From Candidatus Cloacimonadota bacterium (GTDB lineage: Bacteria > Muiribacteriota > UBA6191): DNA of 64,000 nucleotides. The position numbers and the translations under genes are program-made. Positions 10,560 through 21,163 of the stretch are shown here, in pieces (position 1 is the stretch's first letter; each line of letters starts with the position of its first letter). Under the pieces are notes generated by a model, which saw only the letters and a program-made list of their open reading frames with translations, had not been told where the DNA came from and ran no database searches. The DNA is taken from the NCBI GenBank assembly GCA_023954715.1, contig JAGSHD010000001.1, forward strand, positions 236,468-300,467, given 5' to 3'.

Positions 10560-10912
10560 AAAGTGCTTTGGTGTATAGTGAGTTTTTATATGATATGTAA
10601 ATTTTAATATCGTCAATAATCCAATACTCTTTCATGACAAACAATATAGTAAACCATTTTTACAAAGACAATTTTGTTAGTAATAGTTTTTTAATTTTGC
10701 CTAAGCTATTTTCCCTATTTCGTAAGTCTCAACATTTGAGAGATAGCAATCTATATTTTTCAAAGTAAACTTATCTATAAATTTTCACATGGCATGACTA
10801 TCTAACAGTTTCAAGTAATACTATGCAATTGTTTCAAAGCTAGATAACAATCTTGTGACTTCTTTTGTATCATAGCTCTATCAAGAAAGAATGAAATTAC
10901 AAATCATCCAAT

Positions 10913-11755
10913 CTAAGATAGCTTAATCATCTCTTCACATTTAATAAACCAAGAGTCTTGTAATTTTAAATCTCTTTGGCTTTGCATGTATTGTGAAACT
11001 TGAACTAAAAAATAGTTTTCAAACAGATTGAAGTCTCTTAAGAGTAAATGTAGTTTTGTCAAATCACTTCTGTCAGTTGGCAGGTTATAATCCCACTTTT
11101 TAGAGATCGTGCTATAACAGTGAAGAACAAATTCACTAAACCCATCCTCAGATTTTTCTGCATATTGTAAAATACTATCCTTTTTACTCACAGCTTGATA
11201 GTCATGATGTAGCGCCAATAATGCTCCACAAATCCTAGCAGTAGCACTTACAAACCTCTTTAAACTAAAACCAAAGTCTGTTTGTTGTATTGTATATCCA
11301 TAAAATTCTGAGTTTTTATCCGGCAAAGGTAAAGGATACTGTAGTTGCTCAGCAGAGTCTCTTAAAAAAATATATAAAAAACGATACACACCATGGATAA
11401 ATCTATGACGACTTTGCTCTATCGACTCTAGGGGAATATTTTGAAAACTATCAACTCCATGAATATGTTTCGCATTTTTTGCCCAAGCAGGTAAAGTCTC
11501 TAAGTCTCGCAAATCAAAAGTACATGTTTCAATAATAGGATATGTGTTAAAGTCATTCAAAAAGTCACCAAAAGCCTTTTGAATCTCAATATCTACATCC
11601 TTATCAACCACCAAAATCAAATCTAAGTCACTATTTTGATTAGAAGAATCGTCTAAACGACTTCCACAAAAATAATAATCTACGAAAATATTTTCAAAGT
11701 CCTTCTCTGATGATTCGACGAAACTTTCTATTAACTGGCTTTCTTGAGAGTTCAT
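10913..11755 (-). CDS. Pol-beta superfamily nucleotidyltransferase, ANT(3'')/ANT(9) (AadA)-like
   Basis: Motif FCGSRLDDSSNQNSDLDLILVV matches the GS-x(n)-D-x-D nucleotidyltransferase signature and closely resembles AadA (LYGSAVDGGLKPHSDIDLLVTV). The downstream ...TLPAW also resembles AadA ...IIPW. 280 aa, as for ANT enzymes. Confidence 0.65.
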   Translation of the reverse strand: MNSQESQLIESFVESSEKDFENIFVDYYFCGSRLDDSSNQNSDLDLILVVDKDVDIEIQKAFGDFLNDFNTYPIIETCTFDLRDLETLPAWAKNAKHIHGVDSFQNIPLESIEQSRHRFIHGVYRFLYIFLRDSAEQLQYPLPLPDKNSEFYGYTIQQTDFGFSLKRFVSATARICGALLALHHDYQAVSKKDSILQYAEKSEDGFSEFVLHCYSTISKKWDYNLPTDRSDLTKLHLLLRDFNLFENYFLVQVSQYMQSQRDLKLQDSWFIKCEEMIKLS

Positions 11756-11769
11756 GAGATATCCAACGA

Positions 11770-12156
11770 CTAATGTGTTTTATATACGCCTACCATAACC
11801 CCGACACCCACAACAGACATCATTAAAGGACCACAAAAATAGGATGCTGCTATCAAGACAAGACCACCTACCAATGCCAAAGGCTTTTGAGACTTTTTTC
11901 CATAAATAAAGTATCCCGTACCTATAGATCCCCAAATCAAAGATGCAAATAAAAATGCTGTGTTAATCCCAGAGCTTGTTGGCTTTGCAACGGGCTCCGA
12001 AGATTGCGCCTTTTCTAGTTCGGCTAATTTATCTTTAAGTAAGTCTTGGTAGTTAGATACATTTTTTGATAAATCGTTAATATCTATTTCATTAGCAGCG
12101 TTCATGCTACAAAGTGCAAAAAAAACTATTAAAAACCGCAACATACGCCCTACCAT
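11770..12156 (-). CDS. small exported membrane protein with coiled-coil and glycine-zipper 2-TM segment
   Basis: Signal-like N-terminus. KDKLAELEKAQ coiled coil. GSIGTGYFIYG and VVGVGVMVGV glycine-zipper helices. 15-nt gap to the NTase gene. Confidence 0.5.
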   Translation of the reverse strand: MVGRMLRFLIVFFALCSMNAANEIDINDLSKNVSNYQDLLKDKLAELEKAQSSEPVAKPTSSGINTAFLFASLIWGSIGTGYFIYGKKSQKPLALVGGLVLIAASYFCGPLMMSVVGVGVMVGVYKTH

Positions 12157-12242
12157 TTTTTAACAATATAACTCTTAGTAAGTACTATACCTTGAAGTAT
12201 CAAACAATCACAAAAGTTCTTTTCAATAATTAATAGATAACC

Positions 12243-13190
12243 CTACTGATTATAGTCTTTGAGCTCCTGCCAAGCATTTTGATAAACATCTCTTTTGTAA
12301 GAAACAGCATTACCCAAAATTGTATCGATTGGCTCCCAAATATAAAAATCAAAATCATTTGATTTAGTAATCTGCTTTTTTTGCTCGTCATTTACTTCAA
12401 TCAAAAAATAATACTGTAATTGACCGATATAATGATCGTAGATCTGACCCTTTTTCCAATAATATGGTCTTGCTTGTTTGGTTTGTGCAAGAGTTTGATA
12501 ATCTTCTAAAAACAACTCTTCTAAAAGCTCCCGTTTGATTGTTTCTACAGGTATTTCAAAGGGTTCGATTCCACCTTGGGGTAACTGAAAGCCCTTATTT
12601 TTATTGGGAATATCTCTTCTATGACAAAACAAAAAGTTACCACTTGAGTCTTTGATGAACGCTGCCGCATTTAAGCGATGTTTTAGCTGAAAAAGTATAT
12701 GCTCTGTAATTTCTGATACAGATTTCCCGGAGCTCTCTACACTAATTCCGAGAGAAATATCATCTAAATAATTACTCTGTTGAGCTAAAATTTCATGAGT
12801 TCTAGTTTGCTCTAACTGAAAGTTTTCTCTGGCTCTGCTTGATATCCGATTTTCTATCTCTTGAGTATCTGCTTTTAAGTAAAAAACTCTCAACTCACCG
12901 ACTAAACCATGAAACAAGTCTTGCATGTATTTAATATGCTCTGGTTTTTCAAAAACAAAATCAATCACAACAGTCGATAAACCATGCTTCAAAGAATATT
13001 TGGCAATAGTAGCTATTTCTTCGATAGCTTTTTTAATTTTAGACTCACATCGAACATCCCAGTCTGGTATAGAATGAGTAACCGAATCCCCTTCTAAGTA
13101 GCAACTTCGATCGATACTCTGTGCTAAATCTTTTGCAACAGTGGATTTTCCGATACCCAAGGTGCCATTTATGATGATAATTCTTTTCAT
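12243..13190 (-). CDS. fusion protein: N-terminal P-loop kinase (AAA/CPT-like) + C-terminal NUDIX hydrolase
   Basis: Walker A IIIINGTLGIGKSTVAKD at the N-terminus. Nudix box QGGIEPFEIPVETIKRELLEELFLE at residues ~200-225. Confidence 0.6.
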   Translation of the reverse strand: MKRIIIINGTLGIGKSTVAKDLAQSIDRSCYLEGDSVTHSIPDWDVRCESKIKKAIEEIATIAKYSLKHGLSTVVIDFVFEKPEHIKYMQDLFHGLVGELRVFYLKADTQEIENRISSRARENFQLEQTRTHEILAQQSNYLDDISLGISVESSGKSVSEITEHILFQLKHRLNAAAFIKDSSGNFLFCHRRDIPNKNKGFQLPQGGIEPFEIPVETIKRELLEELFLEDYQTLAQTKQARPYYWKKGQIYDHYIGQLQYYFLIEVNDEQKKQITKSNDFDFYIWEPIDTILGNAVSYKRDVYQNAWQELKDYNQ

Positions 13191-13417
13191 AGTTAGTTTA
13201 AATTTTGTGCAGATTATTTTTTATACATTTATATTTTCTATTATAGCTAGAAAGCTATAAATTCACTAGCGTGAAAAAATATAATTTACATTTAAATCAA
13301 TTTCGTCTTCCAAAAACCCTTTTGTTTAATTAAAATTATGCTGTTATATCGTATCTAATAGACATAGTTTTTGATTATAATGAGTATAAACCCTAATTTA
13401 TACAAAAGACTCATCCT

Positions 13418-14107
13418 ATGAAATTTCTACTTTTTTTTATATTTACTATACAATCCTATATTTGTAATGATTTTTTTGTGTATCACTGTAAATATGTTTC
13501 TGCAAAGGCCCTAGTACAAAAAATTTCTATATTTAGAATTAAAGGAAAGTTCACTCCAAGTAATCATTCAACCATTATTTATTTTGGAGATAAATTAGGT
13601 TTTCAATTCTTCAAGAAATTCGCTAGTAGTTTTGATATTAAACCCATAATGATTTCAGGACAGGTTCAACTATCTACTCAGTATCTAAATTCCAAATTAA
13701 CTTTAACAGAGTATTCAAATCAAAATCAATCCCAATGGCAAACTGCTGCATTTAAAGGTTTAAGCGGAACAAACATTAAGATTCAACTGGGTGAACAAAC
13801 TGTAAAAAAACTTGAAAACTTGTATCAAATCACAAATAGCGGACTCTATCTAAATCTTATTCCTGTAAAAATTGGTGATCATTTTGAAGTAGATCTTAGT
13901 ATTCGATCATCCGCACTACATGATAAAACACTCTATAGCTCACAAAAGTTAATAGTAAACAATGGGTCTTGGACCAGCGTAAACAATTTTACTAGTTCTC
14001 AAAACTCTAAAACCAAACATCTAGGTGAACATCTTAAAGACTTAGTTAACAAGCAAAATAGTCTTTTAGGGTTAAAGGCACGTATTGTGCTTTACACAAA
14101 CGATTAG
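13418..14107 (+). CDS. hypothetical exported protein
   Basis: Signal-peptide-like N-terminus MKFLLFFIFTIQSYIC. Asn/Ser/Gln-rich. No known domain. Confidence 0.4.
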   Translation: MKFLLFFIFTIQSYICNDFFVYHCKYVSAKALVQKISIFRIKGKFTPSNHSTIIYFGDKLGFQFFKKFASSFDIKPIMISGQVQLSTQYLNSKLTLTEYSNQNQSQWQTAAFKGLSGTNIKIQLGEQTVKKLENLYQITNSGLYLNLIPVKIGDHFEVDLSIRSSALHDKTLYSSQKLIVNNGSWTSVNNFTSSQNSKTKHLGEHLKDLVNKQNSLLGLKARIVLYTND

Positions 14108-14220
14108 CTCTTTTCTTTTTCCTGTACTATGATAGAATCTGGCAACCCTAAGAAAGTAGTCGCAAACTTATACAGTCACTTCCATAGAAATTCAATACCT
14201 TAGCTATACAAGGAGATAGA

Positions 14221-16902
14221 ATGAAGGTAAATGTAAATAATACTAATTCTAACTTTAAACTTAGTCCCGAAATTCTCTCCAGCACTTTTAGTTTATTTTT
14301 GTTAACTACACTTTTAGTTATAATACACATCTGTTTTGGCCATCTTTTCTTTCACGCCATAGCAGAGCTATTTTCAGTATTTGTAGGAGTACTAATGTTA
14401 GTAGTTATTGCTAACACGAGTACCTTCATAAAAAATAGTTTTTTATTATATTTGTCCATTTCATACTTTTGGCTAGCGATTTTAGACGTTTTTCATACTT
14501 TTACGTTTCCTGGCATGATTTTATCTGATAACACTCATGGACAACTTACCCTGCAATTTTGGGTGTATGCAAGGTTCATTGAAAGTCTTGTGTTATTAAT
14601 TTGTCCAGTCTTTTTAAAAAAACACATCAATGGAAAACTCTATTTTTCAATAAGCTGTATCGTGTGCTGTATCATAGTTTGGGGTTCTTTAAACCTTAAA
14701 AATCCACAGATGATTACAGAAGAAGGCTTAACCCCTTTTAAAATTTATTCAGAATATTTAATCATGTTTATACTATTGCTGGCGCTTTTGAACTTTCTGA
14801 GACTTAGGACAAGTTTTAATCCCTCCGTGTTTTGGTATATTTTCAGTTCACTTTGTTTGACCATTGCATCTGAATACTTTCTTACCCTATATGAAGATGT
14901 CTATCATGTTTCAGTTATCATTGGTCATGTTCTCAAGTTTTTAAGTTTTTCGCTAATTTATCAAGCAGTGGTCAGAACCACGCTCCGAAGTCCATTTGAA
15001 AGCTTAGCTCAAGTCAGTAACAGTCATGATGCGATTCCACATCCATCTATAATTGTTAGTAAAGAATGTAAGATTTCTCAGGTAAACAACTCCGCTTTAC
15101 AATTAATAAAAATATCCCACGATAATATTAACAATGATCACATCCATCAGCACTTCCACCCCAATACTTTTATCGAAAGCCAATGTAGTTTTTGTCAATC
15201 TATCATAACTGGCACTACCCTTAGTCAAGAAACGGTTTATTTTCCTCAATACGATAAATGGTACCTGCTATCCCTAACACCTCTAAAGCTTCTAGATAAA
15301 GTTGAAGGCATGGTGCAAACTCTCACTGATATATCAGAACTCATAGCATCCAATGATAAACTAGAAAAAGAAACCAAAGAAAAAACAAGCGCCATAACCA
15401 AAACTCAAAATTTGCAAAAATATTTAGCCAGTATCTTTGATTCAATACCATCAATGTTAGTTGCAGTAGATACCAAATGTCTAATTACTCAATGGAATTT
15501 AAAAGCGCAAGAAACCATTAACCGTGAATTTAAGTCAGTGCAACACCAGCCTCTTGAAAAAGTTTTTCCTTTTCTTAAAGAAGATATAGATACCATACTA
15601 ACCTGTATAGATAAGAAACAAACTAAAATAATCAATAATCGCCAATGGACCAAATCTACCGATATAAAATATTTTGATATCATAATCTTTCCACTTGTAG
15701 TTGATACAATGGTGGAATCATTAATCATTATTGATGATGTAAGCACTCAGTTCAAATTAAAAGAACAGTTCGATATGGCTAAAAAAATGGAAACCATAGG
15801 GCAACTCAGTGGTGGTATTGCACATGATTTTAACAACATGCTAGGTGCTATTCTAGGGGCTGCTGAGCTTTTATCTTTAAAAAATGATAAGACTGATTCA
15901 GATAGATCTATCTATTTAGAAATTATAATAAATACAGTACAAAAAGCCACTGGTCTAACCTCAAAATTACTTAGCTTTAGTAGAAAGAAACAGCTCCACA
16001 AGACAGTAATTGACTTTCATGAGGTTATCGATGATACACTTCTTATTACTCAATGAACTACGGATCGAATTGTTAATTTTTGCAGTAAACTCAATGCGAC
16101 TAACTCAGTTGTAATTGGAGATTTTTCAGCATTGCAAAACGTCTTACTTAATCTAATTTTAAACGCAAGTTATGCAATCAAAGGCAATGGTGAAATATTA
16201 ATTCAAACCAAAAATGTTTATCTTGATGATAGATATTGTGATGAGTCTACTTTTGATGTTACACCTGGAAACTACTTGGAACTACTGATCAAAGACTCTG
16301 GAGAAGGTATATCACCTGAAAATATTTCTAAAGTGTTTGAACCTTTTTTCACTACCAAACCTCAAGTTGAAGGTACCGGACTAGGTCTATCTTCTGCTTA
16401 TGGTACAATTTTCGAACATCTTGGAGTAATTCAAGTGGATAGCAAATTAGAAGTAGGTACTGAGTTTAGGATTCTTTTAGCATGTACACAAGATACACCC
16501 TTTAAAAAACCAGAGCCTCACGCCTTACAAACTTTTAGCGGACTTATACTACTAGTTGATGATGAAGAAATTATTCGTATGACAGCTACATCTATGCTAG
16601 AAAATATGGGATTTAAAGTTATAAACGCAGCAAACGGCGCAGAAGCTATTGAAATCTACAAAAAACAAAGCCATGAGATCGACCTATGTATACTAGATAT
16701 GATTATGCCTAAGTTAAATGGTAAGGATACATTCTATGAACTTAAAGGCATAAATGCTGATTGCCAAGTTATTTTATCTTCTGGCTATGTAAAAGACGAT
16801 AAACTGAAGACTTTACTCAAAGACGGACTCAGTGGGTTTATTAGTAAACCCTATCGCTACAGTGATCTCAACAAAGTTATATCAGATATTAAAACCACTT
16901 GA
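14221..16902 (+). pseudogene. hybrid sensor histidine kinase (multi-TM sensor + PAS + HisKA + HATPase_c + REC) interrupted by one in-frame TGA at 16054..16056
   Basis: ORFs 14221..16056 and 16132..16902 are in the same frame. The first has ~8 TM helices, PAS-like regions and an H-box (SGGIAHDFNNMLGAIL). Reading through the TGA gives ...LLITQ*TTDRIVNFCSKLNATNSVVIGDFSALQNVLLNLILNASYA (N-box), then DSGEGISPE...GTGLGLS (G-boxes) and a receiver domain (LLVDDEEII...DLCILDMIMP). Confidence 0.6.
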
Positions 16903-17002
16903 GTAAATTTCTGCAAATCGTTTTTCTTTTTGGTATACTCTTGCTACATCCACTGTTTGGCCCAAATTCTCTAAATTAATTATTTTTACACTCAAATCTA
17001 CC

Positions 17003-17374
17003 ATGACTGACGTTAACCAAAGCAATCACCCCGAAATCGTAGCTATATTGAATATGATGGACTATCAACATCTTGTTGATTGGATCAATGAAAGCGCAAA
17101 AGTACACTCTCAAATTAATGATTTAAACGACAAAGACTTCAATCGACTCAGTACGCACTTAGTTCAATCGATAACATACCTCATCGTGACCAACTTATCA
17201 GAATTTGTCGAAGATGTTTCAGACCCAAAGATTCAAACAAAACTTCAAAAAAACATTGATGATTTAAAAGAGTTTTCTTGCGTGCAACTCCAAGGTGAAC
17301 AAGTCTATCACTTAATCTCTTTATGGAGCACAATGCGACGAGAGCTGTTAAGTGATCTAGGTGCCATCCAATAA
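17003..17374 (+). CDS. hypothetical protein (123 aa) immediately upstream of nhaC
   Basis: Clean ORF with a 9-nt gap to the next gene. Confidence 0.4.
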   Translation: MTDVNQSNHPEIVAILNMMDYQHLVDWINESAKVHSQINDLNDKDFNRLSTHLVQSITYLIVTNLSEFVEDVSDPKIQTKLQKNIDDLKEFSCVQLQGEQVYHLISLWSTMRRELLSDLGAIQ

Positions 17375-17383
17375 GGACACTCT

Positions 17384-18850
17384 ATGAACGAAACCAAACA
17401 ACCTAGCCTACTTATCTCCCTGACACCCGTCTGTTTTTTGATAATACTCTTAGTCTTTAATCAGCGTATATTTGAAGGTGATGCCACCTACGGCCCCAAT
17501 CAACTAGCTCTTTTATTATCTGGCATGCTCACTTTAGCCATTGGCTTTTTACACTTGAAGGTTCCGTATAAACAAGTAGAAAAAAATATTATTGAGTCCA
17601 TCAGTTTATCTCTTCAAGCTTGCTTAATACTTTTAGTTGTTGGCTCATTAATAGCAACTTGGATTTTATCTGGTATTGTCCCTACAATGATTTTTTATGG
17701 ATTAAAGATTATTAACCCTAGTTACTTTTTACCAGTTGCTTGTATCTCTTGTGCCATGGTTGCACTATCAACAGGATCGTCTTGGTCAACAACCGGTACC
17801 ATAGGAGTAGCACTCATGGGGATCGGCCAAGCACTCGGGATTCCAGTACCTATGTGTGCTGGAGCTATCATCTCGGGAGCTTATTTCGGAGATAAAATGT
17901 CTCCCTTATCTGACACAACTAATCTTGCTCCTGCTATGGCTGGAACAGATTTGTTTACCCATATACGACACATGTTATATACCTCTGGGCCGGCAATAGT
18001 AATTTCAATCATCGGTTTTTTTATACTTGGAATGTTTTACAAAGGGTCTGGAGCAAATTCAGATAATGTACAAGCTATCCTCAATGTGATTCAAAGTAAT
18101 TACAATATCGGACTTCATCTGTTTATTGTTCCAACTATTTTACTGGTATTGATTGCCAAAAAAATGCCAGCTTTTCCGGCACTTGTACTTGGAGCAGTTT
18201 TAGGTGCATTAGGAGCAATACTATTTCAGTCAGAGCTTTTAGCTAAAATCACGGGGCACGCTTTAGACATGGCAAATGTATATAAAGAGGTCATTAAAGT
18301 AGCTTTTTCTGGATTTAATTATGATTTTTCCAATGCTGTGGTAAACAAACTTTTTAATCGTGGTGGAATGCAAAATATGCTAGACACAGTGTGGCTCATT
18401 ATGATGGCCATGGTCTTTGGGGGAGCATTAGAAGGCACAGGGATGTTACAAAAAATAGCCAGTTCTGTTTTACAATTTGTCTCTGGTGCCGGAAGTTTAA
18501 TTGGAGCTACCTTAGGTACATGTTTATTTTTAAATATGACAGCTAGTGATCAATATTTGGCAATTGTAGTTCCAGGTAAAATGTTCAAAGGGGCTTATGA
18601 AGATATGGGTTTACATCCCAAAAACCTATCAAGAGCACTAGAAGACTCTGGTACTGTAACTTCGGTACTCATCCCATGGAACTCCGGTGGTGCATACAAC
18701 ACTAAAATATTAGGAGTTGGTCCAGATATGATTTATAGCTATCAAATATATTGTTTTTTTAATATATTAAGTCCTTTAATCTCACTCTTTTTAGGATCCA
18801 TGAACATAACCATTGAAAGAATCCACAATGAAAGAAAGTTGTCTCAATAA
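17384..18850 (+). CDS. nhaC: Na+/H+ antiporter NhaC family
   Basis: 488 aa with ~11-12 TM helices. N-terminal pattern (LLISLTPVCFLIILLVF..., GMLTLAIGF) and overall architecture are typical of the NhaC family. Confidence 0.7.
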   Translation: MNETKQPSLLISLTPVCFLIILLVFNQRIFEGDATYGPNQLALLLSGMLTLAIGFLHLKVPYKQVEKNIIESISLSLQACLILLVVGSLIATWILSGIVPTMIFYGLKIINPSYFLPVACISCAMVALSTGSSWSTTGTIGVALMGIGQALGIPVPMCAGAIISGAYFGDKMSPLSDTTNLAPAMAGTDLFTHIRHMLYTSGPAIVISIIGFFILGMFYKGSGANSDNVQAILNVIQSNYNIGLHLFIVPTILLVLIAKKMPAFPALVLGAVLGALGAILFQSELLAKITGHALDMANVYKEVIKVAFSGFNYDFSNAVVNKLFNRGGMQNMLDTVWLIMMAMVFGGALEGTGMLQKIASSVLQFVSGAGSLIGATLGTCLFLNMTASDQYLAIVVPGKMFKGAYEDMGLHPKNLSRALEDSGTVTSVLIPWNSGGAYNTKILGVGPDMIYSYQIYCFFNILSPLISLFLGSMNITIERIHNERKLSQ

Positions 18851-18857
18851 ATACCAA

Positions 18858-19907
18858 TGGATGGTTAGTCCAAAATTTGACCTATGTATATTTCTAGGTC
18901 CGGTATTTTTTGCTACACTTATTAGCCCAATCGCATATGCCTACTATCCAGATAGCATCCCTCTTTGGGCTTTTGTCTCCATTATTATCTTGTTTGACGT
19001 AGCTCACGTATGGGCTACCAATTATAAAGTATATTTTGACTCTGTTGAGATTAAAAGAAGACCATGGTTTTATCTCTTGCCTATACCTATCTTCTTTAGC
19101 CTATCTTTTGTACTTCTTTTATATTCAGAAAACCTCTATTGGACAATTTTGGCTTATGTAGCCGTGTTTCACTTTATCAAGCAACCTTGGGGTTTTGTAT
19201 CCATCTACAAAAGAAAGTTCAAAGAAAACTCAAAATTTGATCTACATTTTGATAAATACATGGTGTGGGCAGCTGGTCTATATCCTGTGTTTATATGGCA
19301 TAGTAGTCCCGCTAGAGTTTTTGATTGGTTTAACGCAGGAGAGAGTTTCATCGTTAAACTGCCCTATCAAATCATCCCCTATTTGATGTTTTTCTATGTG
19401 GCAGGGATCATCGTATATATCAGTCGACAAATCTATTTATATAAAAAAACATCAAAGATTAATTTACCTAAATTGATTTTAATGACTGCCATATATATCA
19501 CTTGGGCCGTAGGAATCTACATGACAAACCCCATTATCTCAGCCGCTTTTCTAAATTTGTTTCATGGAGTGCCATTTTTTGCAATCATCTGGATATACTC
19601 TAAAAACAAATATATAGACCAAGATTCAATCTACCCTAAACTATCTTTTATTTTTCAAAGAAAAACGATTTTTCTCTTTATAGCGATTGTTTTTATTCCG
19701 GCATTGATAGAAGAGTTTTTATGGGATCAGTTAATTTGGCATATTTATTTACCAAACACTAGTTTTATTGATCTTGGCTTTCAGTTAAAAGCACTTGTTA
19801 TTGCATTATTATCACTTCCACAAATTATTCATTATTGGCTTGATATGTTTATTTGGAAAATGGATGAAAACAAAAATCCAGATCTTAAAAAATATCTTTT
19901 GATTTAA
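18858..19907 (+). CDS. polytopic integral membrane protein, unknown function
   Basis: ~350 aa with >=8 hydrophobic helices. The start is uncertain (ORF track 18813; internal Met at 18858). Confidence 0.4.
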   Translation, partial: WMVSPKFDLCIFLGPVFFATLISPIAYAYYPDSIPLWAFVSIIILFDVAHVWATNYKVYFDSVEIKRRPWFYLLPIPIFFSLSFVLLLYSENLYWTILAYVAVFHFIKQPWGFVSIYKRKFKENSKFDLHFDKYMVWAAGLYPVFIWHSSPARVFDWFNAGESFIVKLPYQIIPYLMFFYVAGIIVYISRQIYLYKKTSKINLPKLILMTAIYITWAVGIYMTNPIISAAFLNLFHGVPFFAIIWIYSKNKYIDQDSIYPKLSFIFQRKTIFLFIAIVFIPALIEEFLWDQLIWHIYLPNTSFIDLGFQLKALVIALLSLPQIIHYWLDMFIWKMDENKNPDLKKYLLI

Positions 19908-20131
19908 TCCTCAGTTAAAAAAATTGTAATTATTCTAAAAAGATTACGACTAAGCACTAAAATTAAAATTACCCCACTTACTTCACCTTAAAAACTCAAA
20001 AGCTATATCTTTAAGATTTACATTTGTTTTTTCCGTCAATATCTAAATTAAATTATTTGTTAAATAACTTTGGCATTTTACATATTCATCATTATACTTA
20101 TAGTGGACTAATTTTTTTATTTTGGAGAACC

Positions 20132-21163
20132 ATGACACGACTATACACTCTTTTCTTATTCACCCTACTAATTCTAGTCAATCAATCTATTGCTGAGTCT
20201 GACATTTTCACCAGTTTTGATAATCGATATCAAGAAATCACCAATGAACCTGTTCAAAAAAATGTACAAATCCCAACAAGTAATGGAATAGCCGTCTTAG
20301 ATTTGAAATTGGCCCTTCTTTTACATCCCGCAATGAAAGATTATAACTTTACTATTCATAGTTTCATCAAACCCATACCTAAAAATTTAAATGTACCAAT
20401 CAACTTCTACCTAAAAAATAGGATCAAAGAGTCTAGTGAAATGGTACTGAAATCCAAAAAAACATATAAAGATTTACGACTTAAACAACTCGAAGTACAG
20501 CAAAAAATCTCTTCATTGATATATAATAAGTCCAGTAATATCCGTAAGATTATGTCCAGTAATCGAGGTGACACAGAAAGCCAACTAGAAAAGTTTCGTA
20601 GTGACTATCAAAAAAAGCTCAAAAGATACCAATTACAAAAGTTAAGTATCACCAAAGACATTGTAAATACTTTTGATACTTCTTATGGTATCCATTACAT
20701 GACCCGAACCGACCGTGATCGACTATTGAAAAAGATAGAGAAAGAGGTCTTACTTGCTGCTAAAAAAGTACTTAATTCTCAAAACTTATCTGTACTTCTA
20801 AATGGTAACTATCTAGAAGATGTAGCTCCTCAAACAATCTCCAAATTAGCATGGGTAGATAAAAATTTTACTGGGGTGAATGCTTTAAGTTTTTACTTTC
20901 AACGCCAACATCAAGTTATAGATGACGAAATACAATCGTACTCAGAACAGATCGGAGCTGACTTGTTTGATCCTTATTACAAAAACCTAAATAAAATCCC
21001 TGCGATTTTCGGTAAAAATTATAATGATCAATTTATTTTACTTGGTGGAAAAAACATAACAAAAGCAACCCTTCAAGTTTTATATCAAAAATATAACAAA
21101 TTAAATCTAATCAAAGACATTTTAAGTTTCGTTCAAAAAATAAAAGAGAATCAACATGAATAA
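20132..21163 (+). CDS. exported coiled-coil protein, possibly Skp/OmpH-like periplasmic chaperone; translationally coupled to the giant gene
   Basis: The ATG at 20132 follows a GGAG RBS. Signal peptide MTRLYTLFLFTLLILVNQSIA. Skp-like N-terminal block NGIAVLDLKLALLLHPAMK. Long K/Q/E-rich coiled coil. The stop TAA overlaps the next ATG (ATGAATAA). Confidence 0.5.
   Translation: MTRLYTLFLFTLLILVNQSIAESDIFTSFDNRYQEITNEPVQKNVQIPTSNGIAVLDLKLALLLHPAMKDYNFTIHSFIKPIPKNLNVPINFYLKNRIKESSEMVLKSKKTYKDLRLKQLEVQQKISSLIYNKSSNIRKIMSSNRGDTESQLEKFRSDYQKKLKRYQLQKLSITKDIVNTFDTSYGIHYMTRTDRDRLLKKIEKEVLLAAKKVLNSQNLSVLLNGNYLEDVAPQTISKLAWVDKNFTGVNALSFYFQRQHQVIDDEIQSYSEQIGADLFDPYYKNLNKIPAIFGKNYNDQFILLGGKNITKATLQVLYQKYNKLNLIKDILSFVQKIKENQHE

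Noticed and set aside
10913-11755. Interpreting the nucleotidyltransferase as a CBASS cGAS/DncV-like CD-NTase with the glycine-zipper protein as TM effector.
   Set aside because: The motif FCGSRLDDSSNQNSDLDLILVV and the 280-aa length match ANT(3'')/ANT(9) AadA-type adenylyltransferases much better than CD-NTases. No Cap2/Cap3, HORMA/TRIP13 or known effector domains are present. It stays flagged only as an unusual operon.
16054-16056. Genome-wide reassignment of TGA to a sense codon (translation table 4 or 25) as the explanation for the split histidine kinase.
   Set aside because: TGA clearly terminates other well-conserved genes in the window (e.g. the NtrC-family gene ends ...GIDLS-TGA at 4905..4907). 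Multi-kb ORFs such as 21156..27476 contain no in-frame TGA. Under reassignment, many genes would appear fragmented in the standard-code ORF track, and they do not.
16925-16945. Candidate sigma-54 promoter tggtatactcttgct upstream of 17003.
   Set aside because: The GG...GC spacing is one nucleotide short of the TGGCAC-N5-TTGCW consensus, and the -12 element is poor. It is not supportable by eye.
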